A program made the translations under genes and the position numbers. From sequence record MW481326.1: a stretch of DNA of 64,000 nucleotides. One strand, given 5' to 3'. Shown in pieces: positions 41,248 through 50,930 of this stretch. The DNA is from Escherichia phage vB_EcoM-Pr103Blw. The notes beneath the pieces were generated by a model that was not told the DNA's origin, searched no databases, and was given only the letters and a program-made list of their open reading frames with translations. The stretch's first letter is position 1. Each line of letters opens with the position of its first letter.

Positions 41248-41793
41248 TTAAAAGTGTCCTTTTACTTGTGGAACATAAATTTCAAAGGTTGCTTTACCGT
41301 CTTCTGAAAGTCTTGACTGAACCTTTGCAAATACACGGTTATCATACAGCTTATCGAAGAAGTTTTCAAAAGGTAAATGTACAGTGGCCTCTTCAGTCAC
41401 TTTATGGAAGACTGTGTGGAACACTACATCAGCATACGGTAAAGCACTGACAAGAATACCTGCACCACCAATTACAAAGACATCTTCATCAATAGAGCTG
41501 TCAAGATACTTCAAAAATGCTCCAAAGGATTCTTTACTGGCCTTAGCATACATTACATCATCTTTGTCAAAATCTATACCTAAATATGGTACAGAATTTG
41601 TTAAGATAAGGTTTTCACGGTCAGGTAAAGGCTTACTACCCAGAGTCTTAAAAGTCTCATTACCCATTACCACTAAGTTGTTTTTAGTGAGTCTCTTAAA
41701 TTCTTGCATGTCCTGTTTATGTCTAGGCCACGGCATACCAGTCGGTGTACCAAATTCACCATTTTCGCCACTTGCAAAGATTAGTTTAATCAT
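41248..41793 (-). CDS. dihydrofolate reductase
   Basis: N-terminal MIKLIFASGENGEFGTPTGMPW resembles DHFR (I-x-A-x-x-x-x-G ... PW) and VMGNETF; adjacent to thyA. Confidence 0.65.
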   Translation of the reverse strand: MIKLIFASGENGEFGTPTGMPWPRHKQDMQEFKRLTKNNLVVMGNETFKTLGSKPLPDRENLILTNSVPYLGIDFDKDDVMYAKASKESFGAFLKYLDSSIDEDVFVIGGAGILVSALPYADVVFHTVFHKVTEEATVHLPFENFFDKLYDNRVFAKVQSRLSEDGKATFEIYVPQVKGHF

Positions 41794-42050
41794 TTTGTAA
41801 ATCCTTTCTTAATGAACCAGTTAATAACATTCTTCACAGCTTTATTGCTGTGATAGATTAAGTGTGGTGTAGGTTGGTATGAACCATAGGCCCAGAATGA
41901 TAGATGCTCACCACAACAAACACATGTCGTACTCTCTTCAGCTATATGACCATTAACAATCACATGAACTTCACCTTGCAAGTCTGTACATCCACAATGT
42001 GGGCATCGGATAGGGGTTCCATCAGACTCATAGCAGTGTTCAATTTTCAT
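41790..42050 (-). CDS. zinc-ribbon protein
   Basis: 86-aa ORF with CPHCGC ... CVCCGEH cysteine pairs. Confidence 0.45.
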   Translation of the reverse strand: MKIEHCYESDGTPIRCPHCGCTDLQGEVHVIVNGHIAEESTTCVCCGEHLSFWAYGSYQPTPHLIYHSNKAVKNVINWFIKKGFTK

Positions 42051-42572
42051 TTATTTAACCTCAAAAACTGGTTCAAGAACCAATATAAAATCTACACAGT
42101 CATCTTCTTCATCCAGAATACCATCAAAGTTCTTAGGAACGAAGTCGAAGAGGCTCATAGAGTAGCGGTCAGAAGTAATCCTGATAGTTCCTCCGATATT
42201 CTCTACAGTTAATATTGTACGGCTTTCTGTTACCTCACTAAGAAGATTACTTACAAAGTCATCTAAGAAGTGCTTCATCAGTGACTTGAAACCTTTAGGA
42301 TAATCTGTACCAGAGTATGTTTCAATCTGAGGTACAAGCTTAACATTTATACTAGTCTTTGTTAAGAACGTGCTAGAGAACATACTATCAGGTAACTTAC
42401 AAACAATCTTTCCAGTGCCTTCATGCTCAATCTCAACAAAACCAGCTTCGTCGCCACATGTAACTATTTTAAAAGATGCTTCATTCTCATACTGTGAAGC
42501 CATAAACTTTTTAAGCATCTCTTTAAGGAAATCTGCATGAGCATCTTGTAAGTAGATATCAATCATAATCAA
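42051..42572 (-). CDS. hypothetical protein
   Basis: 173-aa ORF. Confidence 0.45.
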   Translation of the reverse strand: MIMIDIYLQDAHADFLKEMLKKFMASQYENEASFKIVTCGDEAGFVEIEHEGTGKIVCKLPDSMFSSTFLTKTSINVKLVPQIETYSGTDYPKGFKSLMKHFLDDFVSNLLSEVTESRTILTVENIGGTIRITSDRYSMSLFDFVPKNFDGILDEEDDCVDFILVLEPVFEVK

Positions 42573-42579
42573 TCACCTA

Positions 42580-42939
42580 TTATGGGAACAAGCACTTAAT
42601 GTCATCGTTTTTAAAAACGAAACTTGTGTAGTTGTGACCTTCAACATCCAGCCAAACAGCCTGAACATCTACACCATCAAGGTTGTGGTAAAGTTCTTTG
42701 ATGAAGTGGTCTTTCACAATCTGGCTGCTAGTTGTTTCCAGCTTAATATTTGAGATTGCTGAACCTACAGCCATATAACCCATGACACGTTTCTTCTCAG
42801 TATGCTTAATCTTACCATCTTTGTAAGCCATAATGAGATTGGAAAGAATTTTTACACCGTAGTACTTTTCAAGGTGAGTAGGTGCACCATAAAAGCCTAA
42901 TGCGAAGTTTTCAAAGTGGATAATGTTTTCACGTTTCAT
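42580..42939 (-). CDS. hypothetical protein
   Basis: 119-aa ORF. Confidence 0.45.
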   Translation of the reverse strand: MKRENIIHFENFALGFYGAPTHLEKYYGVKILSNLIMAYKDGKIKHTEKKRVMGYMAVGSAISNIKLETTSSQIVKDHFIKELYHNLDGVDVQAVWLDVEGHNYTSFVFKNDDIKCLFP

Positions 42940-42940
42940 A

Positions 42941-43270
42941 TTAATCTGCCAACCTTAAATTGAAATTAACACCAAATTTTTCACACACTTCCAACATATA
43001 CTCAAGAGAGACATTCCCAGTGAGGTGGATTATGTTGGATACACGAGCTTGAGAGATACCACAAATTTTAGCGACTTGCTCTTGAGAAAGACCTCTGGAT
43101 TTAATCTCTCTCTTAAAACGATGTGCAACGAAGTCTCTCATTTCGTCTACATCCATTGGACAAATATAACTCTCCATTTCAGCCTCTCTATCAGCCTCCC
43201 AATCATCTTGTGGAGCATAAGGGTCAAAAACCTCATTCATCTTTCTTCTTCCGTTTACGTGAAGTATCAA
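42941..43270 (-). CDS. XRE-family helix-turn-helix DNA-binding protein
   Basis: GLSQEQVAKICGISQARVSNI matches Cro/C1-type HTH pattern. Confidence 0.55.
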   Translation of the reverse strand: MILHVNGRRKMNEVFDPYAPQDDWEADREAEMESYICPMDVDEMRDFVAHRFKREIKSRGLSQEQVAKICGISQARVSNIIHLTGNVSLEYMLEVCEKFGVNFNLRLAD

Positions 43271-43445
43271 TTAATGAGTCTATGTTTGTAGCTCTGACCT
43301 TTTCACGTTCATCATTAAGATAATCATCAAGAGCCTTTTCAATCTGTGAATCATCTTGACAGATGACTGTAAAGACTGTAAAGCCGTCTGTATCGTCAAT
43401 TATCTTACCATAACCGCTTCTGGGATGTAACTTTTTAAGAGCCAT
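43233..43445 (-). CDS. hypothetical small protein
   Basis: 70-aa ORF overlapping downstream gene start. Confidence 0.3.
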   Translation of the reverse strand: MALKKLHPRSGYGKIIDDTDGFTVFTVICQDDSQIEKALDDYLNDEREKVRATNIDSLIDTSRKRKKKDE

Positions 43446-43446
43446 A

Positions 43447-43830
43447 TTAAATACCTGTGCAGCTTCTGTTTTCTAAGAAATACTCAACACCATACATAGC
43501 TTTTTGCATCAAATCTTCTTTAAACTGAATACGATGGTTAATCATGGCCTGTACATCAATATCATCATGGTGTTTCTCTTTAATGTTTGCAGATTGCAGG
43601 AAATACTCTGCAAGGACACGATACTGATAGTCAGTTACCTTATCAGTCATCTCTGTCAAAGATTCTTCAGAGATTGGTTTAAGTAGTTCACCATTAGCTA
43701 GAGCAACACCTTTAACAATCTGGCAAGTGTCTTCTGGAACACCTGATAAGTCCACATTGGGAAGTTCTGTTGCATTGACTGGTAAATTTATTGCCATAAC
43801 CATTGCAGCAGCTAATAAAATCTTTTTCAT
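43447..43830 (-). CDS. secreted/periplasmic protein with Sec signal peptide
   Basis: N-terminus MKKILLAAAMVMAINLPVNA-TE: basic n-region, hydrophobic core, AxA-like cleavage site. Confidence 0.5.
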   Translation of the reverse strand: MKKILLAAAMVMAINLPVNATELPNVDLSGVPEDTCQIVKGVALANGELLKPISEESLTEMTDKVTDYQYRVLAEYFLQSANIKEKHHDDIDVQAMINHRIQFKEDLMQKAMYGVEYFLENRSCTGI

Positions 43831-44262
43831 AATGACCTCAAAGTTATATTAAATTTTGTATTACATTGAGTATAAAAATAAGCTATAACACCTAACTTGT
43901 CAACAGATTTTATAGCTTATTTGGCAGATTTTTTTATAAGGCTACTGCCATCCTTCCATACCAGACTACACCATGCAAGACCAGACTTCACATCACCTTA
44001 CTGTGCAATATATTACTTAAAAACCCTCTTAGAAGACTCTTAAGTGATGCTGGTGAGTATACGTTGGCTTATGCTGCTCAGTATACTCACCAAATTTTCT
44101 ATGTCAACAACTTTATATAAAAGTCCTGATAACTATATGTGTTACAAAACAGAAGATTGTGAACAAGACACCCATTGCAAAGGATGTGTTCAAAAGTTTA
44201 CTTGCTATGTAAGACAACACAAAGACAACTAATGCAAACAGAATGATTGTGCTTAACATAGT

Positions 44263-45366
44263 TTACTCATAATCCCTAATAACTAGCCCAACAGGAAACT
44301 GTAAAGAACCCTTACGAGTCATCTTCTGGAACTGAACCGTTAAAGGTTTCCCGATAAACTCTTCAGGATGCTCAGCAAGATACTGTTTCTTCTCATGAGT
44401 AGTCTTCCATGAGACATCTACAAAGACGTTAGGAAGAGTCTCTACAACGAACTTACCGTGACCACGTTTATCAGTCTTGACACCAGTCACTTTAAACTCT
44501 TCAGTGTGCATCTTCTTGTGCTTAATCAAGAAGTATGAACGGTGACAACACTCATAGAAAGATTCTTCAGAGATTGAACGGTACATTGCACCTTCAAACT
44601 GAGCTTCAACCCACTTATCATGGGCTTCATCAAACTCTTCCCAAGAATTTACACGACGAGACTTAACAGGAACAACTTTACAGCCGTCTCTGAAGTCATT
44701 CAATGGTGAAGTCTCAATAATATCTCTACGCTCAGGCCACGTCTTAGTACTGTCACAGATATCATACCAGTAAAACTTGAGTAGATGTCGGTCAGGATTG
44801 TCTTCATTTTTAATCATGGAGACAATATCTTCTAAGTCCAACCCATGAGCATAGATTTCACCATCAAATTCATCAACATCTTTATGGAGCCTCAACATTG
44901 CCATAATGTCAGGTATTAGCTCAGTAGGAATTTTATAAATAGTGTTCTCACGAGAATATGCTGTAAATACACTACCAATACTTAAGTGTCTTGAAATTCT
45001 ACAACGTACACCATCCAGTTTCGGTTGAGCATCAGCAGGGAACTTCAGATACTTTGCATGACTAACCTTTGCAGCATCATGAGCAAGCTGTACACCTACC
45101 TTCTCAGTATTCTGTGCAGACTCTTTTGTGTAAGCATAACCTTTGCGGTCTACTTGTTTCTTGTACTTAGCAGAAACTTCAAAGAGAGCTTGCTGTTCAG
45201 CGTTACGCTCATTCTTTTTACCAATGTTTTTAGGTTCTGCTGTATACTCTTCAAACATCATCTTGCCATTTTCTTTACCGTAGGTTGTAATAACTTTGTC
45301 ACCTACAGCAACGCATGACCAGACGTTAAAAGAGCCGTCTTTATTTTGTTTGTACAGTATTGTCAT
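44263..45366 (-). CDS. ATP-dependent DNA ligase
   Basis: Motif I KLDGVR (KxDG) at about residue 115; 367 aa. Confidence 0.7.
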   Translation of the reverse strand: MTILYKQNKDGSFNVWSCVAVGDKVITTYGKENGKMMFEEYTAEPKNIGKKNERNAEQQALFEVSAKYKKQVDRKGYAYTKESAQNTEKVGVQLAHDAAKVSHAKYLKFPADAQPKLDGVRCRISRHLSIGSVFTAYSRENTIYKIPTELIPDIMAMLRLHKDVDEFDGEIYAHGLDLEDIVSMIKNEDNPDRHLLKFYWYDICDSTKTWPERRDIIETSPLNDFRDGCKVVPVKSRRVNSWEEFDEAHDKWVEAQFEGAMYRSISEESFYECCHRSYFLIKHKKMHTEEFKVTGVKTDKRGHGKFVVETLPNVFVDVSWKTTHEKKQYLAEHPEEFIGKPLTVQFQKMTRKGSLQFPVGLVIRDYE

Positions 45367-45934
45367 TTAACTCACCTTGAAGCGTATGCTTCCTTACAGG
45401 AATGATAATGCCAGTCTCTGAAAGTGCCTCTCCATATGGTTCGAAGCACTGTTCAGGTAAATTGATAATACCTCTCCCATAGAGGTCTATGAAGTCACCA
45501 TCTTTTGTTTTGTAAGCAATCTTACCTCTAATGCCAAGTTTATACAACTTTAAAGAGCCATCACAATATTTTACACAATCTCTAAACTGCACTTTAAAAG
45601 CATATTTAGAAAACCTTTCATACAAGTCGCTTAAAAGTGCTCCAATGTTATCAAATTGTGGTGTGCATAGATTCTCGCAAATATTCTCAAACTCTTCATA
45701 GAAGTCTTCATAATTTAATGGCGTAGCATTTGTCTCATACCAAAACTGAAGTATAGCTCTCTTTTTGGGTGCTTTGTCTGAATAATCAGCCTTCTTTATT
45801 TTATACCAAGACCTACGAAGACTATAATCATTAAGTCTTAAGTGTATGCACCTTAAGTTATGTTCAAATTCTTTATGGTTAAAGTGTTTAGTGTATATCA
45901 TAATCAGGCCTCTGAGTGATACCAAGTATTGCAA
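45341..45934 (-). CDS. hypothetical protein
   Basis: 197-aa ORF. Confidence 0.45.
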   Translation of the reverse strand: MQYLVSLRGLIMIYTKHFNHKEFEHNLRCIHLRLNDYSLRRSWYKIKKADYSDKAPKKRAILQFWYETNATPLNYEDFYEEFENICENLCTPQFDNIGALLSDLYERFSKYAFKVQFRDCVKYCDGSLKLYKLGIRGKIAYKTKDGDFIDLYGRGIINLPEQCFEPYGEALSETGIIIPVRKHTLQGELNDNTVQTK

Positions 45935-46095
45935 GCATTACATGCGTAAAGCTCTAAGTCATTTTTATCTGGTTTATGAAAACAGTTTGCTCCGCAGTGG
46001 CAACGAAATGGTTTTCCACCAACTGTCAGGATGAAGGATTGAACCTTTCCATCAGGAGTTCGTACAGCATTTTTATGCTTATCTTCTTTACTCAT
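45904..46095 (-). CDS. small zinc-finger protein
   Basis: 63-aa ORF with CHCGANC ... CNACNTWYH. Confidence 0.4.
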   Translation of the reverse strand: MSKEDKHKNAVRTPDGKVQSFILTVGGKPFRCHCGANCFHKPDKNDLELYACNACNTWYHSEA

Positions 46096-46251
46096 TTGTG
46101 CTCTTACCTTTGTCAGATTTCATATAGGACATGTTACTATTCCTTTTAATAAAATGTACAACGCATTTTGGTGTATCTTTTGCATCTTTGATGTGCAACC
46201 TTTCGAAGCTGTGTACTGTGAAGATTGCATCTGTCATTGTTTGCTTAGTTT

Positions 46252-46458
46252 TCATTTTCTCTTACCACCAATCTCTACGTCAATAACTTGAACATCACCA
46301 GCAACATCAAACTTATGAATGATGCTTTCCACAGTGTAAGTCCAACCCTCGATGCGAACCAACTCACCTTCTCGTGGGACGATTGGATTACGTTGAGCTA
46401 CGGTTGTAGTGGAGTGAACAACATCATAACAATAGATGTAGTTTACTAAGACTTCCAT
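46252..46458 (-). CDS. hypothetical protein (start trimmed to internal ATG)
   Basis: ORF-track ORF 46252..46557 overlaps lipoprotein gene by about 90 nt; internal ATG at 46458 has RBS GAGGT 7 nt upstream and removes overlap. Confidence 0.35.
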   Translation of the reverse strand: MEVLVNYIYCYDVVHSTTTVAQRNPIVPREGELVRIEGWTYTVESIIHKFDVAGDVQVIDVEIGGKRK

Positions 46459-46468
46459 CGTGAAAACC

Positions 46469-46726
46469 TCACTCAATAACCGTAGTATGTGATTGACCAT
46501 TTTTGCCATAGCTATAAGATGTTGTTGTTTGAGAGTTTGGGCATCTGACAACAACAATATCTCTGCTTATAGCATCACCATTGAGTTTGTAGATTTTGCA
46601 GTCTTGCATCTCTGGAGGAAGGCTGTAAGAAGCATCTTTGTTTTCATAAGATGGGTTGCAGCCAGCCAGAAAAATTACTCCAAGTGCAACCATTGCTTTC
46701 ACACAACTCTTAACCTTATTGTTCAC
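46469..46726 (-). CDS. putative lipoprotein
   Basis: Signal peptide ending in lipobox-like LAGC (MNNKVKSCVKAMVALGVIFLAGC). Confidence 0.45.
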   Translation of the reverse strand: MNNKVKSCVKAMVALGVIFLAGCNPSYENKDASYSLPPEMQDCKIYKLNGDAISRDIVVVRCPNSQTTTSYSYGKNGQSHTTVIE

Positions 46727-46858
46727 GATAGTCTACCTCTCTGTATGTTTTTAAATAGTGAGTGATGAGTTCTGGTAATTCACTACGTTTAACGTTTGAA
46801 CGAAGAAGTGTCCAGTCAAAACCTTTACCAACCCTTCCCCAGAGACTGTACATTTTCT

Positions 46859-47077
46859 TCATAGCAACTCCAGAATATCAATACGTTCACCTTTGAGTAC
46901 TCCAGTACGGTCTTTTGCAATCTTACCGTCAACGATAAGGATGTGTGTAGACCTTAAAGCGTCGTTGTTAAAGGTTTTTACGAACTTGCTAGGCATGACT
47001 ACAATGGACATCTCCTGAATTAACTCTGGAGTATAGCAGTTATCATGAAGTTGCTGAATAACGTCTGCAAGTGTCAT
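46859..47077 (-). CDS. hypothetical protein, tandem paralog A
   Basis: Shares MTL(A/S) ... GKIAKD(R/K)TG(V/Y)LKGER(I/V)DI(L/E)(E/N)LL with ORF 47279..47488; ATG at 47077 with RBS GGAGA preferred over TTG at 47092. Confidence 0.45.
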   Translation of the reverse strand: MTLADVIQQLHDNCYTPELIQEMSIVVMPSKFVKTFNNDALRSTHILIVDGKIAKDRTGVLKGERIDILELL

Positions 47078-47102
47078 TTTTGATGTCTCCAATATTCAAT
47101 AT

Positions 47103-47282
47103 CTACAAGTTCTTGTGCAATACTTTTAAGGTTACTTTAAGGAAAACTTTCTCACCACCAGACAGGGAAGTGTTATCAACGAGTCTATTCATTCTCTCAA
47201 ACAACTTCTGCTTACGGTTCTTGATAGTTTCCTTTGAAGCACCTTTCATCATTGCTGCATGGGTTCTTCCACGGTGGCTCAT
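47103..47282 (-). CDS. small basic protein (59 aa, below ORF-track cutoff) between the two paralogs
   Basis: ATG overlaps stop of upstream gene (ATGA); read by manual reverse translation; peptide MSHRGRTHAAMMKGASKETIKNRKQKLFERMNRL... Confidence 0.3.
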   Translation of the reverse strand: MSHRGRTHAAMMKGASKETIKNRKQKLFERMNRLVDNTSLSGGEKVFLKVTLKVLHKNL

Positions 47283-47488
47283 AGCAAATTCTCGATGTCT
47301 ACACGCTCACCTTTCAAGTATCCTGTCTTATCTTTTGCGATTTTCCCTCCAGCAATAAAGATATCTACTGTACGCAGAACTTCAGGGTTTACTCTATAAC
47401 CACTGCAAATAACAATAAGCATGTCTTCAATCTCTTTTTGAGAATAACCTGCACATTGCAACTGAACTTCAATCTCTGAAAGCGTCAT
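47279..47488 (-). CDS. hypothetical protein, tandem paralog B
   Basis: 69-aa ORF paralogous to 46859..47077. Confidence 0.5.
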   Translation of the reverse strand: MTLSEIEVQLQCAGYSQKEIEDMLIVICSGYRVNPEVLRTVDIFIAGGKIAKDKTGYLKGERVDIENLL

Positions 47489-47549
47489 ATGACCTCCTAT
47501 ACAAGATACAGTATAAGGTACTCTTCCGTGAGCACCTTGTCAATACTAA

Positions 47550-50279
47550 TTAGTGAACCTCAAGCCAGCTTTTACCAACCTTACCAGTACCTGTAACAAG
47601 TGTTTCTTTCTTAAGACCTAAGTTTTTAGAAGCTTGTCCATAATACCAGTCAGTAACTGCTTTCACTTCTGCCGTCATACTTTCTGGACATTCCCAACTT
47701 GTTTCATCGTGATATGCGCAGAGCAAACGAGCACCAATAGCTGGTTGACGACCATTCAACTTCATCAAACCTTCGTCAATCATACGACGACAAGCAAGGT
47801 TGATTGCCTCATTTTGAATCTGAGCCTCTGAACCCATCAAAAGGTAGTTCAACAGTTTGTGTGGAGATTTACACCACAACCAAGCTCCAGCAACCTTTAC
47901 GAAGCCCCCTTTAGAGATTGCAGCGGTCTTACCAAACACCTCTTCAAGTGCCTTCTTAGTTGCTTTGTAGTCAGCTTCCAAGTTATCTAATAGTTTCTTA
48001 ATCTTTGGTAAACGCACAAAGTAAGTCTGTTTAGTTAATGCACCTTCCTGAGTAGTGGCTGCCTTAATAGTTTTAGCAAACTTTTCATCACCTGCACCGA
48101 ACAGTAGTGCATAGATACCATTCTTAGCTTTCTTACGACCTTTGCTAATCTCATGAAGAAGATTCTCATCCTGAGTAGCTCGACAATTCAAGATATCCTG
48201 CTCATCATTCAAGCTAAAGTAAATACTGTTCAGTGTATGTGCATCAGTCCCTGAATAAACAACGTACAGGTCATTCTCAGGGTCATAACGTAGGTACTTA
48301 TCAATCTCTGGGTTGAGGTACTCATCAAAGTGTTTGCAGTAATAGCGTCCATCTTCTTGACGAATAAACTCAATCTCTTCTTTACCTTGCGTCACCGCTT
48401 TGGTGAAGTCTTTGTCACCCATAAAGTTGCAAAGAAGAACTAGCTGGGCTGAGTTCATGTCTACAGAGACAACGTTAGTACCTTCTTCACAAATCCACAC
48501 TGCCCTCATTGGTTCACCATAGACAGCAGCACCAGACGGTACGTTTACAATACCATACTGTGTCATACGTCCAGTTGAAGTACCAAATACCATTGCACCA
48601 GCACTAAGGCGACCATCTGGACGAATCTGGTTTAGCCAACCTTTCTCATCATCCTTTGAGTTCTCAATAGTTCTGCGTCTGTGCATCAAAGTATAGTACT
48701 TAGCAATCTTCTGTCCAAGCTCACCTTCAATCGTATCATAAGATGATTCCGTAAGTTTTGGTGAAGTACGGATTAAGCAAGGTTCAAGCAAATCTGTGTA
48801 CTTCTTCACAGACCAGTTATGTTCAATGTACTGGACACCTTCATGTTCGACATAACTCAAACCACACCGTTCAACCATCTCCTGCCACTTAGGATGTTTT
48901 GTAATCATCTTTTTGTTGTCTTTGAAACGACAAACTTTGACAGGGCGACCATCTGAGTCTTTCTTGTAGTTCCAGTCATCTGGAATCCAACCAACTGATT
49001 TCAAGTAGTCTTTAACAACTGCTACCTGAGTCATACGAGAAACTTCAAACTCAATTGGTGTATATGGTGCATCAATCAATCCTGTGTAGCGACTTGACTC
49101 CAGTTCAAAGTGGTTAACAACATGGCTGTTATAGTACTTCACAGTCTTAACTGTCTTCACTGGCTTCCAGTCTTTGCATTTCTTACCAATCTTTGCATTC
49201 AACTCGTTGCAAATTGCACGAGCATCCTTCATTGCTACAAAACCTTCCTTGTACTCTTCACCAGTTACAGAGTTGGTTGGTGTATAGCAATTTCTCTTTT
49301 CAATGTTAAAAATCTTTGTAGTTGGCTTACCAAATGGTTTGATTTCGTATGTCTGCATCTCACCGTTACGTACCTGCTGACGGTACTTCGTCTTAGGGTA
49401 CTTGGTAATTCTCTTCAGTCCATCTGCATGACCGAATGCTTCCACATACTCATTCCAAGCTTTTGCAAACTCTTCTCCAGTAACTTTACCTTTAGTTTTA
49501 ATAGTTGGAGGAAGATGTGGTTCAACTTCTGAAGCAAGCTCATTAGTCAACTTGTCAAGTTCCTTTACATGGAACTCCATAAGCTCTTTATCAGCCTTCC
49601 AACCATTAATAGCCTGTTGACTCATCCAGAAAGATGTTTCTTTAGCTCGCATGTAGGTTTCATAGGTGTCTATGCCACACTTCTTTAGCTTCAGGTATTC
49701 ATTATCCAGTGCACGTTTAGTTTTGGCGTTAATACGGATATCTTCTACAACACGAGTGAAGATTTCTGCATTCCACACACCCCAATGTTCAATCTCTGGT
49801 TTACGTACACCAACACGAGCACCCCATGCTGCCAAACCATGAGCACCTTTATAGCCTTTTGGAGTTGGTCTATCCATCCACTGAACACGAGATTGGATAA
49901 GAGAATCCTGAAAGAAATTACTCCACGGCTTACACTTTGGATTATCAAAGTTCCATAAATCAGGTGCAATGTGATTGAAAACCCACCAGTCATATCCAAG
50001 ACCGTTATGGATGCAAAGCCGTTTTGCCTTTAACGCAAACTCAATACCTTCACGTAAGCCACCCTTAATGTACTTGGTATACTTGTGACCGAGGATAGGC
50101 TCATCTGTAAAGACCCATACAGGTGGCTCTTCATCGTCAGATTTATAGTCTGCGAAAGCCATTACGTGCACTTTAGTGAACTCAAGGAGTAAACCATCAG
50201 TTTCTGTATCACCAACTAAATGTAAGTTTTTAAAATCTACGTTTTCCATTTTTACTCCCTCTAAAATCATTAACCTCAT
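47550..50279 (-). CDS. DNA polymerase, family A (PolI-like) with 3'-5' exonuclease domain
   Basis: 909 aa; N-terminal Exo I-like DTETDG; size and organisation as in T5/T7-type polymerases. Confidence 0.7.
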   Translation of the reverse strand: MRLMILEGVKMENVDFKNLHLVGDTETDGLLLEFTKVHVMAFADYKSDDEEPPVWVFTDEPILGHKYTKYIKGGLREGIEFALKAKRLCIHNGLGYDWWVFNHIAPDLWNFDNPKCKPWSNFFQDSLIQSRVQWMDRPTPKGYKGAHGLAAWGARVGVRKPEIEHWGVWNAEIFTRVVEDIRINAKTKRALDNEYLKLKKCGIDTYETYMRAKETSFWMSQQAINGWKADKELMEFHVKELDKLTNELASEVEPHLPPTIKTKGKVTGEEFAKAWNEYVEAFGHADGLKRITKYPKTKYRQQVRNGEMQTYEIKPFGKPTTKIFNIEKRNCYTPTNSVTGEEYKEGFVAMKDARAICNELNAKIGKKCKDWKPVKTVKTVKYYNSHVVNHFELESSRYTGLIDAPYTPIEFEVSRMTQVAVVKDYLKSVGWIPDDWNYKKDSDGRPVKVCRFKDNKKMITKHPKWQEMVERCGLSYVEHEGVQYIEHNWSVKKYTDLLEPCLIRTSPKLTESSYDTIEGELGQKIAKYYTLMHRRRTIENSKDDEKGWLNQIRPDGRLSAGAMVFGTSTGRMTQYGIVNVPSGAAVYGEPMRAVWICEEGTNVVSVDMNSAQLVLLCNFMGDKDFTKAVTQGKEEIEFIRQEDGRYYCKHFDEYLNPEIDKYLRYDPENDLYVVYSGTDAHTLNSIYFSLNDEQDILNCRATQDENLLHEISKGRKKAKNGIYALLFGAGDEKFAKTIKAATTQEGALTKQTYFVRLPKIKKLLDNLEADYKATKKALEEVFGKTAAISKGGFVKVAGAWLWCKSPHKLLNYLLMGSEAQIQNEAINLACRRMIDEGLMKLNGRQPAIGARLLCAYHDETSWECPESMTAEVKAVTDWYYGQASKNLGLKKETLVTGTGKVGKSWLEVH

Positions 50280-50310
50280 ACATTACTGCAAAAAATTATA
50301 AAAAGCAAGT

Positions 50311-50334
50311 TGACAATGTACTTGACAAGGTGTT
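50311..50334 (+). promoter_or_regulatory. conserved tandem TTGACA motif GTTGACAATGTACTTGACAAGGTG (copy 2 of 2)
   Basis: 23/24 identical to 8942..8965; lies in divergent region between polymerase block and rightward replication block. Confidence 0.5.
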
Positions 50335-50506
50335 AATCTTTGCGAAGTGGGTTTTTACTTAAAAGGTTACTTAACAGTTTAACTATACAGATACTTTAAA
50401 ACTCTTAAAAGATTATTTAATAGCTTTTAAAAAGCTTTAAAGTATAACGTATAGAATACGTTAAGATAAAAGATTAAAACTTAATAGTTACTTAAAAGAG
50501 GCTTAC

Positions 50507-50929
50507 ATGCAGAAAATGTTTGTTCACCCAGACATAGCTGACTTTGTTAGAGCTTTGCAGAAGTTGGAAGAACTTGACATTGCTGCTCAACGGGAATATG
50601 CTCACCATCACAGGAGAATGGTTGATATACAACATGAAATAGAGTTGTCTGAAAACTATGAAGATGACTTAAAATGCTCTGTATTTGAGCATATGAAAGA
50701 TGTTGCTACAGCGAGACGTAAAGCTAAAGACACAGTTGCTTTACTAGATTCTCTTAAAAAGAGGTTGCAAAGTGGTACAGACCTGTGTAATCTAGCGTCA
50801 CTGATTAATGATGTTGAAACTTCTTGGGATAGACATTACTATCCACGTTCTGAAAAGACACTTGACTTTTCTTCATCCGAAAACTTAAAATGTTCTAGAA
50901 AGAAACTTAACCAACTGAGAGAGAAATAA
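50507..50929 (+). CDS. hypothetical protein
   Basis: 140-aa ORF, first gene of rightward block. Confidence 0.45.
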   Translation: MQKMFVHPDIADFVRALQKLEELDIAAQREYAHHHRRMVDIQHEIELSENYEDDLKCSVFEHMKDVATARRKAKDTVALLDSLKKRLQSGTDLCNLASLINDVETSWDRHYYPRSEKTLDFSSSENLKCSRKKLNQLREK

Positions 50930-50930
50930 T

